A stretch of DNA of 37,542 nt from positions 1 through 37,542 of IMG/VR virus record IMGVR_UViG_3300020460_000027; one strand, given 5' to 3'. Origin of the DNA: a virus (lineage: Duplodnaviria; Caudoviricetes). Numbering within the stretch: the first letter of the stretch is position 1; each line of letters begins with the position of its first letter. A model generated the notes under the pieces. The model saw nothing but the letters and a program-made list of their open reading frames with translations, searched no databases and was not told the origin of the DNA. A program made the position numbers and the translations under genes. Below are positions 19,254 through 28,992 of the stretch, piece after piece.

Positions 19254-19942
19254 AGTTATTAGAACGCAACAAAGAAGGTAAAAGAATTGCGAAACTATTT
19301 GAAGAAAATTTCGTTAAAGAAAAGTCGGAATTAGAATTCACAAAAGATTTTATTTGTATCTATAAAACAGAACAGAATCTTGGTTGCGAAGACATTATTG
19401 CAAGAGCTAACCAAGCAGACGAATGGAAGGCATCTGAAGTAGTTGGCGGTTCTTATTCAGGAAAAGAATCTACTGGAGAAGTAGACAGCAATAACCGTGA
19501 TTCTCAACAGGTTGGTTTTGAAGCACACAACTGTCCTGCTCACCATTTGGATGTCCTTAATTTTGCTTCACGTTCGTTGGATAGTTATTTATTAAAATTT
19601 CCGCAAGCTAATTTGTTTCCAGAATTTCGACAACGAGAACCTTACAACTTGATTAAATACAAAGAAGGTCAGGCGTTCCATGACGTACATTCTGACTATT
19701 ACCCTTTTGGTACTTTAAGTCGCCGTCATCTCACAGGCATCGTTTTTTTAAACAAAGTCGTAAAAGGCGGTGAGCTTTATTTCCCGCATCAAGATTTAAC
19801 AGTCAAAGCAGAACTGGGGAAAATGATTATTTTTCCATCAGGTTGGACTCATGCTCATAAGACATTCCCACCCATAAACCAAGAACGCTACGTGCTTCAG
19901 TTGTGGTGGAGTTTCGAGACAGACGATTCAGAAACAGAGTAA
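19250..19942 (+). CDS. 2OG-Fe(II) oxygenase (prolyl-4-hydroxylase-like)
   Basis: HxD (HSD), FLN...GGEL.F, IIFPS, distal H (THAH) and RY motifs; GTGA overlap. Confidence 0.88.
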   Translation: MKLLERNKEGKRIAKLFEENFVKEKSELEFTKDFICIYKTEQNLGCEDIIARANQADEWKASEVVGGSYSGKESTGEVDSNNRDSQQVGFEAHNCPAHHLDVLNFASRSLDSYLLKFPQANLFPEFRQREPYNLIKYKEGQAFHDVHSDYYPFGTLSRRHLTGIVFLNKVVKGGELYFPHQDLTVKAELGKMIIFPSGWTHAHKTFPPINQERYVLQLWWSFETDDSETE

Positions 19943-19945
19943 ACA

Positions 19946-20422
19946 ATGGAAGAGATAACAGACGTAAAAAAGATAGGAGTATCGAAGCTAACGCTTGGAC
20001 TCATCATGTCTGTAGCCTCCATTTCAGGTGTAGTCGTTTGGAAAGCAGCTTCAGTCGCTAATCAAATCTCTGATTTGGAAGCGAAAGTAGCTGTTATTGA
20101 ACAGAACACTGGGACTGATTCGAGTGTTCTAGCAAAGTTAGATGAAATAGAGGAAGGTATTGTTGCAAATGCTTCTGCCATTGATAGCGTTAGGGCTGCT
20201 CGTCTTGACGATTTGGACAGGTTCGCACCTTCTTTAATCGTTGAAGCTATAGCTTCTGACATGAATGTTCTTATTGAAGATGTAGATGAGATGAAAGAGG
20301 TCATCGCTTCTCTTGCGTGGGTTCCTTCAGAATTTAGTACGATCTGGGATCGTATATATTTAGCTGAAGAAGCTATTCAAAGTAAAGCATGGGGAGAAAG
20401 CTTCTATCAGGACAACGAATGA
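19946..20422 (+). CDS. Membrane-anchored coiled-coil protein (possibly lysis accessory)
   Basis: N-terminal TM segment followed by heptad region; directly upstream of endolysin. Confidence 0.6.
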   Translation: MEEITDVKKIGVSKLTLGLIMSVASISGVVVWKAASVANQISDLEAKVAVIEQNTGTDSSVLAKLDEIEEGIVANASAIDSVRAARLDDLDRFAPSLIVEAIASDMNVLIEDVDEMKEVIASLAWVPSEFSTIWDRIYLAEEAIQSKAWGESFYQDNE

Positions 20423-21150
20423 CCGATATAATCCCAAGAGAAGAATGGGGTGCGGAACCGGCTCGTTGGACAACCAATCAGAAACGACCAGTTGACCATG
20501 TGTTTATTCATCATGGCGCTACTCTTTTAAGAGATCACTCTCAAGAGGGTGAAGCTGCTATAGCTAGGGCATACCAGCGTTATCATTTCGGTAAATCGTG
20601 GGCTGATATAGCTTACAGTTTTCTTATTGGTTTAAAATCTGGTCGAATATATGAAGCTAGAGGCTGGTTTAATAGACCTGGTGCTACTAAGAATTGGAAT
20701 CACAGGTCATACGCTATTTGTATTATTGGTGATACTACTCAACAAGTTATTTCTGATGAGGCTGTTCGAGCGATACATAATTTGATTAAAGAAGGAATCA
20801 AGCTGGGTTACATTTTGCCTGATTTTAATATACGTGGGCATCGTGATGTGAAGAATAAAGATTGCCCTGGTCATACTGCTTATTCTCGGTTACAGGAAAT
20901 GCGCCCTGATGTGGAAACGGTAGTGGTTCCTAAGCTCGTTCCTCCGGCGTTTACAAAGCCTCTGAAGCTTCGCTGGCCTAGAAATAGGTCACCCCTAGTC
21001 AAATGGGTTCAGGCGGTCTTAGGATTGCCCCTGAACGGAGATTATGGATGGCTGACAGTTCAGCGTGTTAAAGCTTGGCAGAAAGAAAACGGTCTTAAAC
21101 CTGATGGTATTGTAGGTTCGATAACCTATAACAAGATGTTCGGAGAATGA
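20419..21150 (+). CDS. Endolysin: N-acetylmuramoyl-L-alanine amidase (Amidase_2/PGRP-like) plus peptidoglycan-binding domain
   Basis: IIPREEWGA, FIHH, WADIAYSF, GHRDV...CPG; C-terminal VKAWQKENGLKPDGIVG. Confidence 0.92.
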   Translation: MTDIIPREEWGAEPARWTTNQKRPVDHVFIHHGATLLRDHSQEGEAAIARAYQRYHFGKSWADIAYSFLIGLKSGRIYEARGWFNRPGATKNWNHRSYAICIIGDTTQQVISDEAVRAIHNLIKEGIKLGYILPDFNIRGHRDVKNKDCPGHTAYSRLQEMRPDVETVVVPKLVPPAFTKPLKLRWPRNRSPLVKWVQAVLGLPLNGDYGWLTVQRVKAWQKENGLKPDGIVGSITYNKMFGE

Positions 21151-21151
21151 A

Positions 21152-22066
21152 GTGGCTCTTGATTACCGCCAATCAGGGATTGATTACAGAGATTCAATCA
21201 GAAATTATTATGGTGTAGCTCATGCCACTGTTACCCCTTCGACGATTGCTTGCACAGCTACACTTCCTGAAGTTCAAAGGAGTCTCCCTTACAGAGAATC
21301 AGGGATTGATTACAGGCAAACAGCGACAACGTATCGTGGGGACAACGCATCTGAAGTTAATATCGGTGCTTATCCTACTATCAGCGTGGTTGCTGGTGTG
21401 GGTGCGGTTCCTGCGTCAACAGTATCGGGAAATGCGAGTGTCTCTCCTGCGTCGATAACATGCCCAGGGGCTACTGTCCCTTCGGTTACTGCTGCAAGTA
21501 TCGTAACTATTTCAGCTACGACTGTTGAAGCTACAGGTGTTCCTCAAAATGTAACAGTTCTTTTATTCACTGAAGCTGTTGCTACTTCTGTTGCAGGTGT
21601 TGGTGCAGTACCAGCGCATGTCGTAACAGGTGACGCTCAAGTCTCCGCTGCGACTGTTGCTGCTAGTGCAACAATCCCTGGTCCTAGTGCCATATCTGGT
21701 ACCGCAACAGCTACGCCTAACATTTTAAATAGCACAGCTACGGTAGGTGACCCTGATATGGCGATGAGGTATGTGCCTAAATACGAAAACACTTTACCGA
21801 CACAAGCTAAAGGTGAACCTGATTATCAACCATTAGCTCCCATGAACAGGCTTGCACGTTTCTATAGTCCAAGATCCAGGGGTACTAATGTTTGGATTCT
21901 TTCAAACACTACTGTTACAACAGATCAACCTGTCACACCAACTGATGTTGCTAATATAACTAGGACTTTGTATGGCTCACATGAAAGTCCTAATGATTTA
22001 ACTTCAACTGAAGCTAACCTTTTAATAGCAGCAGGTTATGACGTTACTGTTAGGGAGGCTGCCTGA
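21152..22066 (+). CDS. Virion/tail protein with Tyr-periodic repeats and A/T/V-rich region
   Basis: YRQSGIDYR and YRESGIDYR repeats; low-complexity middle. Confidence 0.6.
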   Translation: MALDYRQSGIDYRDSIRNYYGVAHATVTPSTIACTATLPEVQRSLPYRESGIDYRQTATTYRGDNASEVNIGAYPTISVVAGVGAVPASTVSGNASVSPASITCPGATVPSVTAASIVTISATTVEATGVPQNVTVLLFTEAVATSVAGVGAVPAHVVTGDAQVSAATVAASATIPGPSAISGTATATPNILNSTATVGDPDMAMRYVPKYENTLPTQAKGEPDYQPLAPMNRLARFYSPRSRGTNVWILSNTTVTTDQPVTPTDVANITRTLYGSHESPNDLTSTEANLLIAAGYDVTVREAA

Positions 22067-22416
22067 TGGGTACTAAATTAAGAAGAGAGAATGGTCGTTT
22101 TGTTAGCGACGCTACACCTGAAGAACGTGAAGCTTTCAGACAAAACGCTCGGTCTTTTCGTACCGCCCCTTCAGCTATGCCTTCTCGTAGTAGTGCGGCT
22201 GGCGAAAAAAAAGCTTGGAATGATTTGGAAACAGACATGGATTCCTACAAGCGTTTAAGGGATGATGGTTTACAACCGCCTTCTATTCGTGGTTCTGCCG
22301 ACTTAGAGAGTCGTGCTGAGACTAAGATAGAGGTGGAGTCAGGACAGGTTGTTGAGGATAAAACAACCCGACAACAAGTTGAAAAAGTTATTAAAGAATC
22401 AGAGGGCAACACATGA
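22066..22416 (+). CDS. Hypothetical protein
   Basis: 116 aa; GGAGG SD; TGATG overlap. Confidence 0.7.
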   Translation: MGTKLRRENGRFVSDATPEEREAFRQNARSFRTAPSAMPSRSSAAGEKKAWNDLETDMDSYKRLRDDGLQPPSIRGSADLESRAETKIEVESGQVVEDKTTRQQVEKVIKESEGNT

Positions 22417-23291
22417 CAGCACAAGTCTGGATAGATAGAACTAGAGATTTATTATTATCTGGCACTGTCGAAACAATTAACCGTCTTAATGGAAGTATGA
22501 CAGATTCAATCAGTTCAATGAACACGGAGCTTGATACTGGTCCTATTTCTACAGGTTCAATCATAGAAATTGACACAGAGTTGATGTATGTGACATCGGT
22601 TAGTGGTCTTAATGTAGGTGTCATCAGAGGTTATGGTGGCTCTACAGCCGCTGCCCATGATGATGATTCTATTATTAGGGTTTCACCTCAATACCCTGCT
22701 CACATGATCTTGGATGCTTTGAACGATGATTTGAATGATCTTTCAGCTAAAGGTTTATATCAGATGAAAGTAGCTACGTTTACTTACACAGCTTCCACGC
22801 AAGGATACGATCTTGCTTCGGATGTTCTTGGTGTTCATCGTGTTACTTTTACTGACGAGTCCGGTGATTTGTCAGAACCAGAAGTTCGTAGATGGTCGTT
22901 GCGTCGCAACAGGCTTTCTTCTACTTTTTCTTCTGGAACTGCTTTGGTTTTAGCGGACACTCCAACTTCAGGTCAGGGTGTTCGTGTTGAATACAAAGCA
23001 CCCTTTACTACTTTAAGCACTTCTTCAACAGCTTTAACAACTGTTGGTCTTCATTCAGAAGCGTATGATCTGCCACCTTTGGGTGCAGCTTTAGCTTTAA
23101 TGACTTTCAAACCGATAGCCCGTGAGAGTGTGATGACTCAATCACCTATCAGACGAGCCGAAGAAGTACCTTCTGGAGCTATTTCAGCTTCAATGCGTGA
23201 TCTACGTTTCCGTAGGGATCAAAGGGTAGAAGCAGAAAAGATGCGACTCGCACAGCTTTACCCAACCCAATGGTTGCGTAGCGGAGAATAA
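22413..23291 (+). CDS. Putative head-tail adaptor / tail tubular protein A-like
   Basis: 292 aa with IEIDTELMYV...RGYGGSTAAAH insertion; precedes beta-rich nozzle-like gene; positional call. Confidence 0.5.
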   Translation: MTAQVWIDRTRDLLLSGTVETINRLNGSMTDSISSMNTELDTGPISTGSIIEIDTELMYVTSVSGLNVGVIRGYGGSTAAAHDDDSIIRVSPQYPAHMILDALNDDLNDLSAKGLYQMKVATFTYTASTQGYDLASDVLGVHRVTFTDESGDLSEPEVRRWSLRRNRLSSTFSSGTALVLADTPTSGQGVRVEYKAPFTTLSTSSTALTTVGLHSEAYDLPPLGAALALMTFKPIARESVMTQSPIRRAEEVPSGAISASMRDLRFRRDQRVEAEKMRLAQLYPTQWLRSGE

Positions 23292-23293
23292 TT

Positions 23294-25153
23294 ATGGCGA
23301 TTGCGCCTAAATACGACATCTCGATAAATGGTCGAGGGTACATGGTTGATTATACTAATTACCGTCGTAGGACTATTCCTGCACAAAAAGAACAAAGAGA
23401 CACATCTGAAGATGTTGGTGAAAACACTCTTAGTAATGTTGGTCAATGGGTTAGAAGCCAGTCGGATTGGTCACATGGCGCTGGTCAAGAATTTTTTGAT
23501 TTAAATGATTCAGACAGAAGAAGGTTTCACACTTCTAAGAACATAGATATTTTTACTAAAGGCCAGCTTCACATGTGTAAAGCCATCGAAGAAAAATCTT
23601 CTGGTTCTAATAACAACTTGTACGCCAAGATAGTTAACGGTTCGGTTTTCTATTTTTCTGATGGACAACTTATGAAATTCGGTAATCCTGATGTTAATGC
23701 TGGTTCGTATTCTCCTTCTTCTATAGACATGGATTACGCAATTTTAGATTGGACTTCTGATGGTGCATCTATTTATTGCGCTCAAGGAGCTAATGGTGTT
23801 CGTAAAGCGACTGTTTCATCTACTAGCGGTGATTCTACAATAGGGTCGTTTCAAGCAGATGTTATTGAGTACGCAAACGGTAGACTTTTAGCTTCTGATG
23901 CAGGAAGAATAGTAGAACTTAATACTTCAGGTGTAGTTCAAACTTTCGATAAAACTCTTACAGGTACATGCAAAGCCATAAAAGGTGGACCTAATAGTAT
24001 TTATGCAGCTTACAATGTGAATGGTCAGGGAATCCTCTACACGATAGGCATATCGACAACAGACGGTTCTCTCGCCTACCCAGTCCCAGCGGCGGTGCTA
24101 CCACTAGGGGAAACATTCTCTGGTCCGTGCTGTATCGATACATTTGGAGAATTGATTGTGGTTGGTACTTCCGCTGGGGCTAGGTTTGGTTTAATTAACT
24201 CTAACGATCAGCAATCGGTCACATTCGGACCTGTAATAGATACAGGTGGAGCAGCTTATGGTGTTCGTATCTCCGGCAAGTACGGATATTGGGGTACAAA
24301 AAATGGGGATACATATAAAGCTGACCTTTCTATTTTCACAGACACTCTTGTCCCAGCCTATTGTCGTCTTCTTTCATTTGACGATGCGGCGAAGGGAAAT
24401 GTTCTTTCATTAGAACTCTACAATAACAAACTTTTCTTTACTGTGTCTGCCGGTGAATTATATGGAGAAGATGCAACTGGGGATCTTTCAGCTACAGCAG
24501 AGTTGACAGTTGGAACTATTACTTTTGGAACGTCAGCTTCTAAAGTTGGCAGGGCTGCTTCCGGCAGGTTTGCAAAAGAACAAGCTGCATCAGCTTCAGG
24601 TGATATTGATTACAGTGTAGCGAATACTGATTACCAAGCAAGTTCAATCAATTATGGTGGTTTAGTTGCTGGTCAAGCTGGGACTGTGACAGTAACAGCT
24701 ACAGATGAAAACAATGTTTCGACAGCGATGGTTCTTGAAGGAACAGGAATAGAATCTTCTTATTCTGCCGCAGACCCATCGAGTGAAACTTTCACAATTA
24801 AATTAACTTTGAATAGAGATGCAGGTTCAACTACTAGCGGTCCTATATTTGAACGCTGGTCTTTTCATGCTAGACCCCAACCAGTTCGCATAGAAGAACT
24901 AATAACTCCTCTAATAATACAGGGGAGAGTAACGACTATGCACGGTTCTGGTGCTTTTGTAGGTTATGATAGTCAAGAAGAATATTTACATTTGCGGAAT
25001 CTAGCTAATCAATCAAAAGCAGTTACTTTTGAAGAAGGGAATCTGTCATACTCAGTAACGGTTGAAGACATTGAAATGTCTCCAGTCAGAATGAGTGCTG
25101 ATGATTCTTTTTGGGAAGGAACTTTGATATGTCGTCTTCTAACAGTCCCATAA
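23294..25153 (+). CDS. Putative tail nozzle / tubular protein B-like (beta-propeller)
   Basis: 619 aa, beta-strand-rich repeats, QSDWSHGAGQ motif; positional call. Confidence 0.5.
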   Translation: MAIAPKYDISINGRGYMVDYTNYRRRTIPAQKEQRDTSEDVGENTLSNVGQWVRSQSDWSHGAGQEFFDLNDSDRRRFHTSKNIDIFTKGQLHMCKAIEEKSSGSNNNLYAKIVNGSVFYFSDGQLMKFGNPDVNAGSYSPSSIDMDYAILDWTSDGASIYCAQGANGVRKATVSSTSGDSTIGSFQADVIEYANGRLLASDAGRIVELNTSGVVQTFDKTLTGTCKAIKGGPNSIYAAYNVNGQGILYTIGISTTDGSLAYPVPAAVLPLGETFSGPCCIDTFGELIVVGTSAGARFGLINSNDQQSVTFGPVIDTGGAAYGVRISGKYGYWGTKNGDTYKADLSIFTDTLVPAYCRLLSFDDAAKGNVLSLELYNNKLFFTVSAGELYGEDATGDLSATAELTVGTITFGTSASKVGRAASGRFAKEQAASASGDIDYSVANTDYQASSINYGGLVAGQAGTVTVTATDENNVSTAMVLEGTGIESSYSAADPSSETFTIKLTLNRDAGSTTSGPIFERWSFHARPQPVRIEELITPLIIQGRVTTMHGSGAFVGYDSQEEYLHLRNLANQSKAVTFEEGNLSYSVTVEDIEMSPVRMSADDSFWEGTLICRLLTVP

Positions 25154-25365
25154 GTCTTAACGAGTTTACAGAAAATACAAGAAATGGTGGCTCCGGAAGA
25201 TGGTGCGACAAGCTTCCTGAAAAAATCAGAGAAGAAATTATTGCTTCTAACGCTGGTTCAAAAGTTGCAGCAGATTGGTTAAGAGAAGTTCACGGGTTTG
25301 AAGCTGCTACTCCTAAAAAATGTGAACCTTTAATGGAAGAGCGAAAGAAGAGAAACGCTGGCTGA
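25129..25365 (+). CDS. Small hypothetical protein
   Basis: ATG 25129 after GGAAGGA; precedes phosphoesterase. Confidence 0.65.
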   Translation: MSSSNSPISLNEFTENTRNGGSGRWCDKLPEKIREEIIASNAGSKVAADWLREVHGFEAATPKKCEPLMEERKKRNAG

Positions 25366-26428
25366 TTCTTTAGAAGAGTTCAGTAACAATACTGTTCTCT
25401 TAGACCGTTTATCACGGTTAGAAAAGGCACATATAAAAGCCAAGTCTGAGCTTGCTGTAGCTCGTAAACAAAATGTTGTTCTTATAGATGAAGTTGATTT
25501 ACTTGAAGATCGAATTGAAGCTTACGAAAAGGTAGGTAAAAATAAACCACCTGTTTGGTTGACTCCTAAGAAGCCTAAGAAGACAGCAGCTACGGTTGTT
25601 GCAATGCTTTCTGACTTACATCTTGATGAAGTTGTTGACTTGGATGAAATGGGTGGCGCTAATAAATATGACCGAGAAATAGCAGAAATAAGATTAAAAC
25701 GATTTGTTGAAAAAGTAATTGAACTTTCTAATAATTATATTGCCGGAGTAAACATCGAAGGTTTATGCTTACTACTTGGCGGTGATTTAGTTAGTGGCGA
25801 TGTCCATGAAGAATTAGCTCAAACAAACGAAGGGGTATCCGGCATAGACACTTGTGTTTATTGGTCATCCATTCTTGCTTCTTGCATAAGTGGTTTAGCT
25901 GACCATTTTGGCAAAGTGCATGTTAGTAGCGTGGTTGGTAATCACGGCAGACAAACACGTAAACCTAGAATGAAAGGAAGGGTTAGGGATAATCTTGATT
26001 ATCTACTTTCTACAATGGCAGCTACACATTTATCAAAAGATAAACGTGTGACTTGGAACATTCCTGATACTGCTGATTGCCTCGTAAATGTTTATGACAC
26101 AAAGATTTTACTCACTCACGGAGATCAAATTCGTGGAGGTGGGAATGGTGTGGGCGGCTTGCTTGCCCCTGTGATAAGGATGATTCAAAAGAAGAGGGTG
26201 AATCAGCCTTTTGATGTAATGGCTTTTGGTCATTTTCATCAACAAATAATTAGCCCTGAACAGGGTGTTTTTGCTTGTGGGTCTTTGAAAGGAGTTGACG
26301 AGTTTAGTCGTTTAATGAATTTCCCTGACTCTGAACCTCTACAAGCTTTTGCTGTAGTAACCCCAACAAGGGGCTTTACTTTTACAGCGCCTATATTCGT
26401 ACAAGATAAAGAAAAAGAAGGATGGTAA
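25358..26428 (+). CDS. Calcineurin-like metallophosphoesterase with N-terminal coiled coil; probable non-canonical start (CTG 25358 or ACG 25355)
   Basis: SDLH, GGD, GNHG, THGD and GHFH motifs; frame is open for 67 codons upstream of the ORF-track TTG (25559). Confidence 0.85.
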   Translation: MADSLEEFSNNTVLLDRLSRLEKAHIKAKSELAVARKQNVVLIDEVDLLEDRIEAYEKVGKNKPPVWLTPKKPKKTAATVVAMLSDLHLDEVVDLDEMGGANKYDREIAEIRLKRFVEKVIELSNNYIAGVNIEGLCLLLGGDLVSGDVHEELAQTNEGVSGIDTCVYWSSILASCISGLADHFGKVHVSSVVGNHGRQTRKPRMKGRVRDNLDYLLSTMAATHLSKDKRVTWNIPDTADCLVNVYDTKILLTHGDQIRGGGNGVGGLLAPVIRMIQKKRVNQPFDVMAFGHFHQQIISPEQGVFACGSLKGVDEFSRLMNFPDSEPLQAFAVVTPTRGFTFTAPIFVQDKEKEGW

Positions 26429-26433
26429 TAACC

Positions 26434-26640
26434 ATGATTACAAAAGATTTAATAGAGAGAGTAGTAGCCACATTCGTGCAGGCTGCCATAGGTGCCATGT
26501 CATCAAACTCCATGTTTGACTTAGGTGTTGACCAATGGAAGATGATGGCAGGTGCAGGTGTCGCTGCTGCTGTGTCCGTTATTAAGGGCGCTCTCGCTCA
26601 AAAAGTTGGAACTAAAGGAACTTCTTCCTTAACTGATTAA
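26434..26640 (+). CDS. Holin (r1t-like)
   Basis: DLIERVVATFVQAAIG, two hydrophobic segments, C-terminal GTKGTSSL. Confidence 0.75.
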   Translation: MITKDLIERVVATFVQAAIGAMSSNSMFDLGVDQWKMMAGAGVAAAVSVIKGALAQKVGTKGTSSLTD

Positions 26641-26650
26641 AACTAATTAG

Positions 26651-26701
26651 GTAGGGTCAGGGTGTGTAAATACAGTTTGACGGTTATCACCCTGACTCTA
26701 C
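26651..26701. terminator. 14-bp hairpin at end of late operon
   Basis: GTAGGGTCAGGGTG/CACCCTGACTCTAC (one G-U), 23-nt loop, no U-tail. Confidence 0.5.
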
Positions 26702-26755
26702 TGAACAAAGATTACGATGCTTGAATTACTTGAATTGGCTAATCAAAAGAATGAC

Positions 26756-26784
26756 TTGACCAGCAAGTAATTAGCGATTACGCT
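26756..26784 (+). promoter_or_regulatory. Sigma70/SigA promoter for recombination/regulation operon
   Basis: TTGACC-17 nt-TACGCT, 23 nt before the ATG at 26808. Confidence 0.7.
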
Positions 26785-26807
26785 ATCTGTAAACAAGGGG
26801 GTTATTT

Positions 26808-27713
26808 ATGGAGAATCAAGTTAGTGTTATTTCAGCCACAGTAGAAAAGTTTCTACAAAACAGATGGCTTAAAGAACAAGCGGCTGGTGGTAAACCAACT
26901 GCTTGTTCTACTTTAGGAAGAGCTTCAGATGTTCTTTCATGTCAACGTAAGATTGCTTTTGGGATGGCTAAAGTTAATCCTTTAGACGTTCCGTATCTTT
27001 CAAATCTTATTGCTTTAGATATTGGTAATGAGATGCACGAAAGAGTGCAAAGCGCCCTTCACGATGCTTTCCCAGATTTTAAGTCAGAGGTGCCGATTGA
27101 TTTGACACCTTTAGGTTATGACGTAAGTGGATCTGCTGATGGGTTATTAACTATTGCAGATCAAAAAATAATTGTTGAGATCAAAACGACTGCCGGTTTC
27201 GGATTTAAAATTTGTAGTGAAGGTCATGCAAAAAGTGGTGAGTTGCCTGGTGCAAAAATAGAGCATCTTATTCAAGCTGGCATCTACGCTCATGGGGCTG
27301 ATGCTGACGGCGTTCTAATAATTATGATTAACAAAGAGAACATGGAGTTTGGTAAATACAAGGTAGGTCAAACTCTTGAATTTGAACAACGGCTTGATGA
27401 TGTAGTCCCACCTTGTGGTAAATATGAAGGCGGTCAAACTTTACGTGAGCTTGCTTTAACTGAGCTTATGAGGATGCAAAGAATCGCTGACCAAGTTCAA
27501 GAAAATGTAGTTCCTGCAAGGATCGACCCAGTTGAAGGTGTTATAGATAACCCTCCAACATTCATGGCTACTAGAGGCTATTGGAGATGCAGGTATTGTA
27601 ACTACAATTCTATTTGTCAAAACCTACCCACTGAAGAGATCAGTGTTGAAAAGTCAACTCAGCATGTCATCCAAACTTGGAGTCCTGTTGCTAAGGAGGT
27701 CGCTAATGTTTGA
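26808..27713 (+). CDS. Cas4-like PD-(D/E)XK exonuclease
   Basis: SCQRK, GNEMHE, GSADG, VEIKT, QAGIY and C-terminal CRYCNYNSIC (1+3 Cys Fe-S pattern). Confidence 0.85.
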   Translation: MENQVSVISATVEKFLQNRWLKEQAAGGKPTACSTLGRASDVLSCQRKIAFGMAKVNPLDVPYLSNLIALDIGNEMHERVQSALHDAFPDFKSEVPIDLTPLGYDVSGSADGLLTIADQKIIVEIKTTAGFGFKICSEGHAKSGELPGAKIEHLIQAGIYAHGADADGVLIIMINKENMEFGKYKVGQTLEFEQRLDDVVPPCGKYEGGQTLRELALTELMRMQRIADQVQENVVPARIDPVEGVIDNPPTFMATRGYWRCRYCNYNSICQNLPTEEISVEKSTQHVIQTWSPVAKEVANV

Positions 27714-28005
27714 TGGTATTACTTACGATAAAGAACAAGATGAGGACAGATTACTTACCTTGTTCGATAAAGTATTAAACCTTATGTCAGATGGTCATTG
27801 GCGCACGTTGAATGAGATAGCTTTTCAAGTCGGCGGTCAAGTCCAAAGTGTTAGTGCAAGATTAAGAGATGCACGTAAAGCTCAGTTTGGTGGGTATCAA
27901 GTGGAGCGTAAACGTGTTGGGGGTGGATTATGGATTTACAGAGTCTTAGATCCTCTCCCAGTAGATAATAACCAGCAAACATTGGAGGTATGTGATGGGT
28001 TTTAA
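27706..28005 (+). CDS. Winged-HTH DNA-binding protein
   Basis: WRTLNEIA...SVSARLRDARK...GGLWIYR; AAGGAGGT SD. Confidence 0.75.
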   Translation: MFDGITYDKEQDEDRLLTLFDKVLNLMSDGHWRTLNEIAFQVGGQVQSVSARLRDARKAQFGGYQVERKRVGGGLWIYRVLDPLPVDNNQQTLEVCDGF

Positions 28006-28600
28006 TCCCGATGAGTATGAACAGGTAGCTGATCGTATCCCGTTATTTTGGGAAGCATTTCCAAACGGGCGTATAGAAACTGAGATGATTAGCTATGACG
28101 AAGAGAAAGGCACAGTTGTTTTCGTTGCCCGTTTATTTAGAGAAGGGGAAGACACTCCTTTTGCTACTGGTTGGGCTAGAGAAGTACGTGGTGATGGGTT
28201 CGTTAATAAAACTAGCCATGTAGAAAATTGTGAAACATCAGCATTGGGCAGAGTTTTAGCAAATGCTTGTTTCTCAGATAAGAATAAGCCACGCCCCAGT
28301 CGTGAAGAAATGTCAAAGACGGTAGGTGCAGGGGAAAAGGTTACGGCGACCCTAGATTCTCAACCCCCTCCTGAATCTGAACCTGCGCTTACCGTCGTTC
28401 CGAACGATATAACTAAAGAGCTTAAAGAACTTGGGGGTAGAGGTAAGGATCTTGGTTTAACTCAACCCCAGATAAGAAAAATAGCGAGCGAAGTATTAGG
28501 TAGAAAGATCAGCAAAGCTGCTGATATATCTACGAGTGAAGAAGTAGAAGCTGTCCAAAGACAATTTGATGAGATCGAACAATTAAAGGAGACACCATGA
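27995..28600 (+). CDS. Single-strand annealing protein (Rad52/Sak-like)
   Basis: ATGWARE...VNKTSHVENCETSALGRVLA; lies between exonuclease and SSB. Confidence 0.65.
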   Translation: MGFNPDEYEQVADRIPLFWEAFPNGRIETEMISYDEEKGTVVFVARLFREGEDTPFATGWAREVRGDGFVNKTSHVENCETSALGRVLANACFSDKNKPRPSREEMSKTVGAGEKVTATLDSQPPPESEPALTVVPNDITKELKELGGRGKDLGLTQPQIRKIASEVLGRKISKAADISTSEEVEAVQRQFDEIEQLKETP

Positions 28601-28992
28601 GTTATATCAATGTTAACGGAACGGGAAAAATAGTTACCGAACCGGAATTAAAAGAACTCTCTGGCGATAAATGTGTAATCAAGTTACGAATAATGGCTAC
28701 CAATAAAGCAGGCAAAGACGGTAACAATATGTTTATTGACTTGGAAGCTTGGGATCATTTAGCTAGAAACTGCAACTCTTTAATGTCTAAAGGTACTTAC
28801 ATTATTTATTCTGGGAGACTTCAACAGGATGAATGGGTTAACACTAAAGACAACAAGACCATGACAAAGGTTAAAATTACTGCTTCTGATATAGGTGTTC
28901 AAACTTCTCGATGGGATGATGACGACCAAGAAAGAATCAAAGAAGCAAAGCATGAAATTGAAACATTGGATGATCCCGAAGAATTATTCTAA
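28597..28992 (+). CDS. ssb: Single-stranded DNA-binding protein
   Basis: OB-fold motifs (EPELK, FIDLEAWDHLARN, KG...SGRLQQDEW) and acidic tail ending in F. Confidence 0.88.
   Translation: MSYINVNGTGKIVTEPELKELSGDKCVIKLRIMATNKAGKDGNNMFIDLEAWDHLARNCNSLMSKGTYIIYSGRLQQDEWVNTKDNKTMTKVKITASDIGVQTSRWDDDDQERIKEAKHEIETLDDPEELF

Noticed and set aside
26808-27713. Cas4-like gene as evidence of a CRISPR-Cas system
   Set aside because: No other cas genes or array; solo Cas4-like exonucleases next to SSAP/SSB are ordinary phage recombination genes
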